Source: Octopus vulgaris (lineage: Eukaryota). Taken from it: 64,000 nucleotides of DNA. Positions 52,184-64,000 of this stretch are shown here, in pieces. The stretch covers positions 42,222,001 to 42,286,000 of the forward strand of contig OX597836.1 in the NCBI GenBank assembly GCA_951406725.2, given 5' to 3'. Within the stretch, counting starts at the first letter, position 1, and every line of letters begins with the position of its first letter. The notes beneath the pieces were generated by a model, which saw only the letters and a list, made by a program, of their open reading frames with translations, ran no database searches and was not told the origin of the DNA. The position numbers were made by a program, and so were the translations under genes.

Positions 52184-52694
52184 CTTTACTACCCACAAGG
52201 GGCTAAACACAGAGAAGACAAACAAGGACAGAGAAAGGGATCAAGTTGCTTCATCTCTTTTAATATCCATCTCTTATTTCATCTCTCTCTCTCTCATTCT
52301 CTGTCTATCAATTAACTAGTCTCTACATATATTCTTCTACCCATCAATAACTTCATTTATCTCTCTGGCTATTTAACTCATCGTCATCGTCATCATTTAA
52401 CGCCCACTTGTGCCACATTAAAAGCCCCTTCTACATTCTGTGGATATGATAATATATCTATAGGCACAGATAGAATGCCTTTCATTGAGTCTCAATCAGG
52501 GCAAGCCTGCAGCCAAACAAGAACCTGCACTGTCAAGCCAATCTACTAGAAAAAGCAGTCAAATCTCTCTCAAACTGCACCTCTTTTTTATAACATAGAA
52601 CAGGATACATTCAAGAATGTAGTCTTTCACACCTTTAAATAGACAGGATGGTTACAAGAGAAATACCTTTGATCATAGGTCAACCACCAACTCA

Positions 52695-53030
52695 GACAAA
52701 CGAATTAAGTCGATTACATCGACCTCAGTGCGTAACTGGTACTTAATTTATCGACCCTGAAAGGATGAAAGGCAAAGTCGACCTCGACGGAATTTGAACT
52801 CAAACGAAATGCCTATTTCTTTACTACCCACAAGGGGCTAAACACAGAGGGGACAAACAAGGACAGACAACGGATTAAGATGATTACATCGACCCCAGTG
52901 CGTAATTGGTACTTAATTTATCGACCCTGAAAGGATGAAAGGCAAAGTCGACCTTGACGGAATTTGAACTCAGAACGTAACGGCAGACGAAATATGGCTA
53001 CGCATTTCGTCCGACGTGCTAACGTGCTCG
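52695..53030 (-). mobile_element. SINE dimer at the breakpoint of A/B homology
   Basis: Begins immediately after the last homologous base. Confidence 0.85.
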
Positions 53031-53639
53031 CAGCCTTAATAACGCTTATAACATTCAAGCAACACAATCTTTGACCTAGTAACTCGGTTGATACTATGAC
53101 GCTTTCTCATAGCGGATTAATATGTAACAAAGCTCAATTATTAAACAAAACAGTACGAAATCAGGCAATGTCACTTTAATGGATGGAACGAGCTAATGTA
53201 CGACACATATCTCTTTACTCTCTTTTACTAGTTTCAGTCATTTGACTGTGGCCATGCTGGAGCACCACCTTTAGTCGAGCAAATTGACCCCAGGACTTAT
53301 TCTTTGTAAGCCTAGTACTTATTCTATCGGTTCTCTTTTGCCGAGCCACTAAGTTACGGGGACGTAAACACACCAGCATCGGTTGTCAAGCGATGTTAGG
53401 GGGACAGACACAGACACACAAACACATATACACACACATGTCCTTTACCTCCCCCACCTAAATCATAATTAGGCTGTCCGGTGACGGCTTAAAGAATAAT
53501 AAATCTGAACTCTTCAAAAGTATGGGGTAACTATCCAATTTAGTATAAAACTGTTTTAATTTTAACTGAACATAAACACACACACACACATATATATAAA
53601 TATAAATATAAATATAGGCGAAAGTAAAGAATACGTACA

Positions 53640-54250
53640 CCCGGGGTTTAGGGTTATGGTTAGGAGTTAAGGTTTAGGTTTAAGGTTTTGGTTACGCCGA
53701 AAACGGTGTATTTTTTGCATGGAATCAAGTACTCTGACCTCCTAATATGCTGTAGCCCCCTTTTTTTTTGTTCGGATAAAAAGCGGGTGGGAAACCGAAC
53801 CCCTCCAATCCCGAAATCATTGGAATTTTTTTTTTCTTTGAAAGAATTCCAGTGGCCCCCTAATATGCCACAAAACCCAACCAACTGGGGATCCGGAAAA
53901 CGGGGTGGGCTGGAAGCCTCGGAAATTTCACCCTCACCGCCATTGGGAAGTATACCCGCGCGATTTTCAATAATAAAAAAAAAACTAAGGTTTTTTGGGT
54001 GGAATCAAGTACCCTGACTTCTCATATGCTACAAACCCCTTATTTTCGTTTGGGAAAAAAATGGGGTGGGAAACCGGACCCCCTCCCTTATCCCGGAATT
54101 ATTGGAAAATTTTTTTTTTTTTTCATTGAATGAATTCCGGTGACCTCCTAATATGCCATAAAACCCCTTTCTTGGTCCGGAAAAGAGGGTGGGGTTGGGG
54201 TACAACCCTCGGAAATTCACCCCACCCCCATCATTCTCAAATATTTTTTT
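53640..54250. repeat. Degenerate telomere-like (TTAGGG) tract followed by two diverged units of about 280 bp
   Basis: gggtttagggttatggttagg...; ggaatcaagtac at 53721 and 54001. Confidence 0.65.
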
Positions 54251-54896
54251 GCTGTTTCTTTCTTTACTCATATTTTTAGGGCATCCAAAGGAGCATACAA
54301 GCGATCACCATTTTTAGATAAGATTTTGCAGAAATGTGTTTTCGAGAGTGTGCATTACATCAGATTGAAAATTCAAAGAAGGGCGATCTTTCGGTATGAG
54401 AACCGTGTTTATGAACTTCTTAAAACACGTGTATTTGTTTATGTTTCTGATGAACAAAGTATGTTTCAAACGGCGTTCTTTTCTGTATCTGTCTTCCTCA
54501 CTCACTCACGCTATTTCCTCCCTTGCCGTCTAATTTATTTTTTTACATATGTGGTGTGAGGGGAAAGGGGATCTTTTGAAGTAAGCGTGAAAGCGAAAGA
54601 GACTGAGAGAGCACGATTCGATCAGGGAATTTCTTTCGAAGTTGGCGTGCCGTGTGTGTGTATGTGTGTGTGTGTGTGTGTGTGCGTGTTTAATGGGGTG
54701 TGCAAGACAGAAAGTGTGGTGTGTATGTGAAGTTCTTTTGTTAGTGTAGTGCTGGTGTGTGTGTATGTGTGTGTGTGTGTGAGAGAGAGAGAGAAAACTG
54801 AAATTTTTTTAATTCACTTTTTGTAGTGAGTGAATGTGTGAGTGATTGAAAGGGAAGAGAGAGAGAGAGAGAGGTTATGTATGGATGAGTGGCTGC

Positions 54897-54950
<54 letters not shown>

Positions 54951-55111
54951 TTACACAAAACTTACCTACGTACACCTATCGCATGCATGTTTTTTGGACG
55001 CATACTTGTTATATTTACTTTTTTAATGAGTGAACGTGTGAGTGATTGACAGAGTAAAAGAGCAGTTGTTTTGTATGTATGTATGTATGTATGTATGTAT
55101 GCATGTATATA

Positions 55112-55746
55112 TCTTTATATATAAAAGTGAAGTTGTGTGTCTGTCTCCTACGATTTAGATTCCTAACTACTCCCACATTTTGCGGTGCGGTTAACCAAAA
55201 CCGGGTATCTTATAGTCGTGCAGGTTAACCAAAACCGGGTATCTTATAGTCGTGATTCATATCGAGCCCTTCTGGGTATTAGCAGCACGTCTATCTTAAA
55301 AGGTGTCGTTGCTAGGGCCAAAAACCCACTTTCACAAGTCCACTCCCATTCTTTTCTGTATCTGTCTTCCTCACTCACTCACGCTATTTCCTCCCTTCCC
55401 GTCTAACTCCCCTACACATTCTCTTTATAACTTCGTCAAACGGCGTTCTTTTCTGTATCTGTCTTCCTCACTCACGCTATTCCCTGCCTTCCCCTCTAAC
55501 TCCCCTTCACTTTCTCTTTATAACTTCGTCAAACGGCGTTCTTTTATGTATCTGTTTTCCTCACTCACTCACGCTATTTCCTCCCTTCTCGTCTAACTCC
55601 CCTTCACTTTCTCTTTCTAACTTCGTCAAACGGCGTTCTTTTATGTATCTGTCTGCATTCATAGAGACAATTATCATCGCCACCACCACCACCACGACAC
55701 AATCATGAGAACAAATATTATGAATCAGATATTTATTGCGTTCATT

Positions 55747-55781
<35 letters not shown>

Positions 55782-56081
55782 TCTATATATAAATATGTAT
55801 CTATAATGTATATATACAAAGTGTATATATCTGTATTTATGTATATTAAACTTTTTAATACTTTTTAATAGTTATATATATTTTTAAACAAATTATAAAT
55901 ATAATTCAATGATTTTTATTTTAAATTTAAATAATTTAAATTTTAATTTTATATTTTCTATATTATATTTTTATTTTTATGTTTTTGTTTTTGCTGTTCA
56001 TTTGCCTATTAGTGGTTTTAATCTCTAATTTAATTTATACATATATATATATAATTGTATACATTTGTATATATAATGCGT

Positions 56082-56158
<77 letters not shown>

Positions 56159-56989
56159 ATGTGTGCATTATGTGGTCGGTCGGTTGAGCTGAAAATATGC
56201 ACACCTATGTTAAAAGTGCTGGCAAGTTTGCATGACAACTAATTTTTTCCTCAAATGAAAGGCGTGACCTCTAGGACAAAATTCCTCATCTTATAAAATG
56301 TAGCCCCAGTAGACCCGAATGAAATCGGGTTAAATTAACCAAAATGAGAAAAGGGGTCTAAATGGGGCTGGAAGGGGATTAAAATTTAGGGGAGCGGGTG
56401 TTAAAGAATTCTCTGTTACATCAAGCTAAAAAATTTGTGCCAGCCTTTAATCGTCAATGTGTTGCCGTCCATGATAAAGAAGTTTTGAATGCTTGCCATG
56501 GTGAGTCTACTGTCGTGAGAAAGAATCACTTCAAAACTTGGTGTTTACGAATTTTCTTTTACATCAAGTTCAAAATTTTACGCCAGCCGTTAAACTGTCA
56601 ATACGTTGCTGTCCGTCGTTAAGAAATGCCAGCCATGGAGAAAGGAGAGAGAAACAAAGAGGGAGAATCAAATCATCATCATCATCATCGTTTAACGTCC
56701 GTTTTCCGTGCTAGCACGGGTTGGACAGTTTGACCGGGGTCTGGGAAGCCAGGAGGCTGCACCAGGCTCCAGTCTGATCTGGCAGTGTTTCTACAGGTGG
56801 ATGCCCTTCGTAACGCAAACCACTCTGTGGGTGTAGTGGATGCTTTTTACGTGCCACCGGCACAGAAGCCAGTCAAGGCGGCGCTGCAATCGGCCACGTT
56901 CGGATGGTGCATTTTACGTGCTGAAAGGAAGCAACAGAAAGAAACAACCACACTCTTACCCGCGCGTAGAGCGGGTCACCTTCAGCTAG
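55112..56989 (+). mobile_element. Non-autonomous Helitron ends (5' TC at 55112; 3' hairpin + CTAG at 56989), possibly one composite element
   Basis: 5' end matches the reverse complement of 58600-58731; 3' acccgc.gcgtaga.gcgggt...CTAG|t. Confidence 0.55.
55348..55655. repeat. Tandem repeat of about 95 bp, about 3.2 copies (partial copy at 54467-54532)
   Basis: tttt(c/a)tgtatctg at 55352, 55449, 55542 and 55639. Confidence 0.85.
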
Positions 56990-56997
56990 TATATATA

Positions 56998-57052
<55 letters not shown>

Positions 57053-57094
57053 CATAATTAAATCTCAGAATGAGATTGAAACAGTAATCGCTCG

Positions 57095-57266
57095 ATAATG
57101 TAAAGTATAGAAGCCATCTTATCATGGCTAACCACATTGGGAGGGGGTGTTACTGTAGCTTTATAGCCAGCTAGAGACGACGATCTCTTGGGGCTATAAA
57201 GCTACAGTAACACCCCCTCCCCAATGTGGTTAGCCATGATAAGATGGCTTCTATACTTTACATTAT
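57095..57266. repeat. Near-perfect palindrome, arms of about 74 bp
   Basis: 57095-57168 is the reverse complement of 57192-57266. Confidence 0.9.
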
Positions 57267-57275
57267 ATATATATA

Positions 57276-57774
57276 CTAGCAGTATCGCCCGGCGTTGCTC
57301 GGGTTTGTAAGGGAAATAACTATATAAGCATTTTTAGAGAGTTACTTCCCTTATAGATGCCAATTCGGGCTTTCTTAGCCATTTCTGTTTCTTCAAGCCA
57401 TGAAGTCGTTGTTCTAAAAGAACGTTGGTCTCCTTGACAACGCTTTACGACGTTGATTTCCTTACACTCCCTTCCCCACAGCTTCACGAGGGGGGAGAAG
57501 CAAACATAGGTGCAGGTGTTTGAGCGTGGACGCCAACTCCGCCGCCATCGACACACAAAAAATTATGCATTAAAATGGAATAAAAAATGATGTTAAATAA
57601 TTTTTAAAATCGTAGACTCATCGTAGACGTGCGCTAATAGCCAGACGGGCTCGATATTAATCACGACTATAAGATACCCGAATTTGGTTAAACTGCACCG
57701 CAAAATGTGGGAGGAGTTAGGAATCTAAATCGAAGGGGACAGACACTCACACAACTACAGTTTTATATATATAG

Positions 57775-57775
<1 letters not shown>
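57276..57775 (-). mobile_element. Non-autonomous Helitron
   Basis: Minus strand a|TC...acccgagcaacgccggg...CTAG|t. Confidence 0.8.
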
Positions 57776-57808
<33 letters not shown>

Positions 57809-57827
57809 ATACATAGATGTATGTGTT

Positions 57828-57871
<44 letters not shown>

Positions 57872-58337
57872 ATAGATAGATGTATATATATATATATATA
57901 CATCTATGTGTGTTTGTGTGTGTGTGAGTGTTGTGTATAGGTTTTATTTAAAGTGACCTAAAAGTAGGGATTGTATTTGTAAGGTCAAATCGAAAACAGG
58001 AAGAAAGGAATAAAGGAAAGAAAAAAAGAAAGAAAGAAAGAAAGGAGAGAGATAATACAGAGATGAAGACAGGGAAAGTGTACCAGTTAGTGGTCAGTCA
58101 AGATAACTCGACGGTAGGAGTGGGGAAAGATTAGGGTGATATAGAAAGAAAGGTATTAGAGTCTAAAGAGATTAAAGGGTAAAGAGTAAAGGAAGGTCAG
58201 ATAGCCGGAATGGGGGGGGGTAATATAGATATACATCTATCTATGTATATATATATATCATCATTATTGTTTAAAGTCTGCTTTCCATGTCAGCATAGAA
58301 AGCAGCCATTAAACGATGATGATGATGATATATAATA

Positions 58338-58731
58338 CTAGAAGTATCTCCCGGCGTTGCTCGGGTTTGTAAAGGAAATAACTATATAAGCATTTTTAGA
58401 GATGTAAAGTATAATAGCCATCTCAATATGGCTAACCAGAAAGGGGGGTGTTACTGTAGCTTTTTACGTTTTGAGATTTAATAATAGATCTTTAAAGAGT
58501 TACTTCCCTTATATTTGCCAAAAATGCATTAAAAATGGGAAAAATTGATGGTAAATTTTTTTTAAATCGTAGACTCATTGTAGACGCGCGCTAATACCCA
58601 GAAGGGTTCGATATGAATCACGACTATAAGATACCCGGTTTTGGTTAAACTGCACCGCAAAATGTGGGAGTAGTTAGGAATCTAAATCGTAGGAGACAGA
58701 CAGCACACAACCTCACTTTTATATATAAAGA
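58338..58731 (-). mobile_element. Non-autonomous Helitron, same family
   Basis: Same termini and hairpin. Confidence 0.8.
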
Positions 58732-59215
58732 TATTGCTCTACCATTGAAAGTTTAGGTAAACTTTGTCACTCACTCACTCTCATCCCACAACAAAAATAA
58801 AACGCATTAGTTACCCGATTTCGGCGCCAAAAATTGCAAAGGGAAAGTGCTTTAGGTTTTCAAATCTATTCTGTAATCTTGGATTATGATGTATTATATC
58901 CAGTGATTCTAACAGGTATATTTTGTTTTAATATTATACTTTTACTTTTTCACAGACACACACAAACTCTAACGTGATCTTTTTAGATGCATTCTTTACC
59001 ATTTTTTATCTGTCTACTGACTTCGTTACCACTAACTTCAGATCTTTTCGGTTTGACCGGCAGTTTTTTAAAATAATTTCCACGTAACAAAAAATTTTTA
59101 AACTTCGTATACTAGTAGAATGTGTTTATAAAACATCTTGTGTCATCCCTATTTATTTTATGTTCGGCCCTTGTGACCAATAAAAGAAAGTATTATTATT
59201 ATTATTATTATTATT

Positions 59216-59959
59216 TTCTTTTCCTTCTTTCTTCAAATTTTCTTCCGTTTCTCGCCAGGTGTTTTCCGTACACCTAGGGCAGAGAAGCTCATTGTATGCA
59301 TTCCCAGATTACACACGTAATTTCACAGATAAAATATGTAATTTAAAACATTAATAAATAAATAAATTTACGAATGGATGTTGTTTTCACAGCGATAATG
59401 CTCTTCTCAGTACATGAGTCGTTCCAGTTAATATGATTTTTTGCACTCCCTGAGGGATGGTAAGCCTAGTATCATTTTCAAATAGGTTTCAGTACCTTTT
59501 TTTTTAACATTCCTGGAGATCCTACAATCACTGGTACTGTAGTCGCCTTGAGATGCCACATTTTCTCAATTTCTATTAGCAAGTCTTTATATTTACTGAT
59601 CTTGTCAAATTCTTTCGCTGCTATATTGTGATCGCAAGGAATACTCATGTCAATTAATAAACACATCCTTTTTGTTTGATATTTTGTAATAATATCCGGT
59701 TTATTAGCTTTTATAGTTTTGTCGGTATGTACAGGGAAGTCCCTCAGTTACAGCTTCAGGATGGTGTTTATACCATTTGTCAGCGGTTTTGATTTTATAA
59801 TGCTGACATATTGCCTAGTGTAAATACTGGCCGACTCTGTCATGTCTTGCTTTATATTCTGCAGGTGCTAAGATTCTACACCCTGAGATTAGGTGGTCTA
59901 TAATTTCAATCTCATCGTTACAGAATCGGCATTTTGGGTCAGCTCCATTTTTTATCACA

Positions 59960-59962
<3 letters not shown>
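59216..59962 (-). mobile_element. R4/Dong-like retrotransposon 3' part (CCHC + RLE endonuclease) between (TAA)n tracts
   Basis: CRFCNDEIEIIDHLISGCRILAPAEYKARHDRVG...ANKPDII...CLLIDMSIPCDHNIAAKEFDKISKYKDL...VPVIVG. Confidence 0.88.
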
Positions 59963-60026
<64 letters not shown>

Positions 60027-60044
60027 TATTATTTATTATTATTA

Positions 60045-60139
<95 letters not shown>
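59963..60139. repeat. (TTA)n microsatellite
   Basis: Directly visible. Confidence 0.95.
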
Positions 60140-60600
60140 GGTGGCGAGCTGGCAGAACCGTTAGCACGTCTACACCAGGTTAAATGCTTAGTGGTATTTC
60201 GTCTGTTGCTACATTCTGAGTTCAAATTCTGCCGAGGTCGGCTTTGAATTTCATCCTTTCGGGGTCGATAAATTGAGTACCAGTTACGCACTGGGATCAA
60301 TGTAATCGACTTAATGCCTCTGTTTGTCCTTGTTTGTCCCCTCTGTGTTTAGCCCCTTGCGGGTAATAAAGAAATAGGTATTTCGTCTGCCGTTACGTTC
60401 TGAGTTCAAAATCCGCCGAGGTCGATTTTGCCTTTCATCCTTTCGATGTCGATAAATTAAGTACCAGTTTTGCACTGGGGTCGATGTAATCGACATAATC
60501 CCTTTGTCTGTCCTTGTTTGTCCCCTCTGTGTGTAGCCCCTTGCGGGCAGTAAAGAAATAAGAATCGTTAGCACGCCGATCGAAATGCTTAGCGCATATA
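60140..60600 (+). mobile_element. Full-length SINE plus tandem partial copy
   Basis: Starts ggtggcgagctggcagaaccgttagcac; B-box-like gagttcaaatt. Confidence 0.85.
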
Positions 60601-61049
60601 AATGAGAATGGGCGATCATTCGTTTTGAGACGACACAAAAAAACAAAAACAAAAAACAAAAAAAAACTCTGTTAGTTTCCGTAATCACTTGTTGCCTTGA
60701 CAACTGCGTGCTTGTTCTGTTAGACGTGTGGCAGTGGAAATTAATGGGTGTACGTACGTGCTTGTTTTGTATGTGTGAGTGTGTGTGTGTGTGTGTGTGG
60801 GTGTGTGTGTGTGTGTGTGTGTGCTTATGTATTTATGTGTGCGGAATGTAGATATAACAAAAACAATGTCGCATTTTAAAGATGGAGAAAAAAAAGCCTT
60901 GCACATTTGTTCTTACCTGGTTCAGGTGTGTGTGTAAAAATCTGTAAATTTCCTAGAAGAAAACGAGATTTTACATACGCACATGTAGCAGGTAACAACA
61001 AATATACGAGGCTTTTTTTTTCTCCAAGTTTAAAATGCGACCTCCATAC

Positions 61050-61665
61050 GTGGAGGTTCGTGGCTTAGTGGTTAGAGCAGCGGACTGGCGGTCGAGGGAT
61101 CGCGGGTTCGAATCTCAGACCGGGCGATGTGTGTGTTTATGAGCGAAAACATCTAAGCTCCACGCGGCTCCGGCACAAGGTAATGGCGAATCTTCTGCTG
61201 ACTCTTTCGCCACAACTTTCTCTCACTCTTTCCTCTTGCAGCTCACCTGCGACGGACCGGTGTCCCGTCCAGGTGGGGAACCTATACGCCAAGGAGTCCG
61301 GGAAACCGGCCCTTATGAGCCAAGGGTGGCACGAAAAGGAAGAAACAAACTACTATATTAATGTGTGCGTGTGTGTGTGCGTGGAGGCACATGGCCTAGT
61401 GTTTAGAGCAACGGACTCGTGGTCGAGGGATCGCGGGTTCGAATCTCAGACCGGGCGATGTGTGTGTTTATGAGCGAAAACACCTAAGCTCCACGCGGCT
61501 CCGGCAGAAGGTAATGGCGAAACTTCTGCTGATTCTCACTCTTTCCTCCTGCATCTTGCAGCTCACCTGCGACGGACCGGCGTCCCGTCCAGGTGGGGAA
61601 CCTATAGGCCAAGGAAACCGGGAAACCGGTCCTTATGAGCCAGTGGTGGCTTGTGAAGGAACAAA
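61050..61665 (+). mobile_element. Two tandem copies of a second tRNA-derived SINE (about 61050-61350 and 61381-61665)
   Basis: Pol III A box TGGCTTAGTGG and B box GGTTCGAATCT, followed by a shared body; related tail at about 28985-29120. Confidence 0.85.
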
Positions 61666-61842
61666 CATTCCGTACACATAGATAAATAAAAACAGAAAAA
61701 GCATGCTCACACTCACACACACACACACACGTACACTCAATAGCTTCTTCCAAGCGTCCATCGGAAACTAACGGATATTCGTTTTTATTGCGTACTCAAA
61801 ATGAATGATCGCCTGAGAACGTATGAGTGAGAGACGAGTGTG

Positions 61843-61884
<42 letters not shown>

Positions 61885-62101
61885 TGTGTGTGTACGTGTG
61901 TGTGTGTATGCGGCCTGTACGGCAAAATCTGACAAGCTGACTCACGGACATGTTACATCCTGGCTGCGACAAGTCGAATTTAATTTCAGCAAGAATCTCG
62001 TTACTCGGTCGCTCGACCTGCTAGAAATAGCAGCCAAATCTTCCTCGGATCACACCCTCGGGTAAAGAAGGGTGCGTTAAAACGGAATCACTCTAGATAG
62101 C

Positions 62102-62529
62102 GGATCTTTTCGGTTTGAACGGCAGTTTTTTTAAAATAATTTCCACGTAACTAAACACTTTTAAACTTCGTATACTGGTAGAATGTGTTTATAAAACATC
62201 TTTTTCTCTTGGCTTTATTGAGAAAATTCTATAGTTTGTAAGATATTTGTTGTTTTTTTCTTCAATTTCTGCAATTTCAACCAATCAATGACGTCTATTG
62301 AGGTAAAAGAAACATTCTGTGCCGTAAGAATATGTCCCTCGTTTAAGAAACATTGGGTTTATTTACACTTCTGAAGAAAAAAAGATACCCTTCCCCCCAC
62401 CCCTAACCCTAACTAACTCTAATCCTAAAACAGATTGAAATGCAATAGATCGATACTAGGATCATAATTATGGGTGACAATTTCATATGACACCGCTAGA
62501 AAAAACTGCCCTTCAAACCGAAAAGATCC
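62102..62529. mobile_element. MITE with about 29-bp TIR (GGATCTTTTCGGTTTGAACGGCAGTTTTT) and internal telomere-like repeats
   Basis: TIRs visible; ccctaaccctaac at about 62400; flanking direct repeat gaatcactctagat. Confidence 0.8.
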
Positions 62530-62757
62530 CAGAATCACTCTAGATGGCCCTTAACCAAGACACCTCCGTATCCCTGACCCACCTCTACATACTCCTATCA
62601 TAAAACCTAGTCACATACACACGTAGTTTACTATTCCCACTGTGTCAACAAACAATCGCCTACAACAAACATACCAGTCGATCAGAGCCAATTATTCTCT
62701 TTGATATACTCCCCGGTGTATTATTGTCTCAAGAGCATGTTCTGCATAAGTATAATT

Positions 62758-63195
62758 GGGTCTTTTCCTTTTGAACGGCAGTTTTCAACACAATTTCTAG
62801 TTAACTAAACACTTTAAAACTTCGTATACTGGTAGAATGTGTCAAAATAAAACATTTTTTTCTCTTGGCTTTCTTGAGGAAATTGTAATTTGTTTGTTTA
62901 ACGTAGTTTAATTTTACAATTAAGAAAAAAAAATAGGGTTAGGGTTAGTTTGAGGGTTAGTGACAGGATGTTGTCTCAGTTTTAGACGCAGCAAATGATT
63001 TTAGTTCAATCGATTGGTTAAAATTGCCGAAATGCTCGGATTTTCAGACGAAATATCTTACAAACTATAGAATTTTCTCAATAAAGCCAAGAGAAAAAGA
63101 TGTTTTATAAACACATTCTACCAGTATACGAAGTATAAAATTTTTTAGTTACCTAGAAATTATGTTACAAACTGCCGTTCAAAAGGAAAAGATCC
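62758..63195. mobile_element. Related MITE with long imperfect inverted arms
   Basis: ggtcttttccttttgaacggcagttt / aaactgccgttcaaaaggaaaagatcc; tataatt on both flanks; internal tagggttagggttag. Confidence 0.8.
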
Positions 63196-63557
63196 GTATA
63201 ATTTGTTTAGTGAATGTAGACATGTTTGGTTCTTCTGTCGGTCAGAGCGAAACAGAACGGGGTGTTTGTATGGAAGGATGGTCGGGTGATAATTACGTTA
63301 GGTGTGAAACTGACGAAGAAAAACAGCATGAAACTGCCAGTCTCCGAGATTAGTTAAAATTTCTATATCCTGATATAAATATTAATCTTTACACGGGATT
63401 CACATGGTTCCGTGTTCAGTCCCACTGCGTGGCACCTTGGGCAAGTGTCTTCTACTATAGCCCCAGGCTGACCGTGAGACAAATACTCTTTGCCCTTAAG
63501 TCACGTGCCTTCAAAATCTATATATATGTAGCGGGTATGATTCTTGGCCACTACTTC

Positions 63558-63737
63558 TGGTCTGATCTGAGGGTAGCCCTTAAAAGGACGGTTATCGCAA
63601 TTAGATCCGATCCAAGAATAGTCCTAAAAAGCACTGTTATCGTAATTAGATCGGATCTGAGAGTAATCCTAAAAAGGACTGTTATCGCATTCAGATCAGA
63701 CTTGAATTAGCCCTGAGAAGGACTGTGGTCGTAATCA
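63558..63737. repeat. 45-bp tandem repeat, 4 diverged copies
   Basis: Visible as the RSDLRVxLKRTVIxI repeat in ORF 63429-63710. Confidence 0.8.
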
Positions 63738-64000
63738 GCAAAACTGGACAGACGAAAGCAGTAGTTGAAAGGACGAGCAGACAAGAGGTGTAAGTTTATA
63801 CAGCGATTTATTTCAGGCGTGAAATAGCAGTACAAATGTTCGAGGTGGCGTGAGTGGCGTGCGTGGCAGGCGAGAGGGACACAATTTACATCAGTCGAGT
63901 GCCAAAAATCCAACTACCTTTACAGCGATTTATCATGTCTATTTATACCAAAATATCAGCAGTGATGTTTAGCCAGTGTCCAATAGAATGGCAGGTAGGT

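Larger units (their letters stand above)
35086..52694. repeat. Tandem segmental duplication, unit B
   Basis: See unit A; homology ends at ...caaccaccaactca, where a SINE begins. Confidence 0.92.

Noticed and set aside
53640-53692. True telomere or chromosome-fusion site
   Set aside because: Very short and degenerate; similar tracts occur inside MITEs in this window.
61050-61125. tRNA gene (also about 61381-61455)
   Set aside because: A and B boxes are present but there is no complete acceptor stem, and each is followed by a shared body of about 200 bp: SINE heads.

Overview
AT-rich, microsatellite- and SINE-dense eukaryotic DNA. The dominant tRNA-related SINE family and repeat landscape resemble an octopus (coleoid cephalopod) genome; this is recognition, not a database result. 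The only host genes I can support are two tandem, minus-strand, intron-split paralogues of a STAND (NB-ARC/AP-ATPase-like) NTPase + TPR-repeat protein, i.e. an NLR-like receptor. Copy A (26665 down to 1493; last exon lies outside the window) starts directly at the NTPase preamble with no N-terminal effector domain. Copy B (51570-33863) has an open, correctly spliced frame to its stop codon but lacks the P-loop exon within this window. All exons were joined by hand on GT-AG sites with consistent phases (composite model 858 aa). Between copies, some TPR exons differ at about 20% of residues while another exon is identical. Introns and flanks hold many independent TE remnants (Penelope-like, Helitron, Tc1/mariner, Chapaev3, hAT MITE, Tx1-, R4/Dong-, CRE-, RTE- and CR1/L2-like LINEs) and a 3.3-kb 40-bp minisatellite with an inverted core. 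They also hold nine minimal type-I hammerhead-ribozyme-like motifs, including a very young 543-bp head-to-tail, ORF-less repeat with one hammerhead per unit (retrozyme-like). Most ORFs in the supplied track are microsatellite artefacts.
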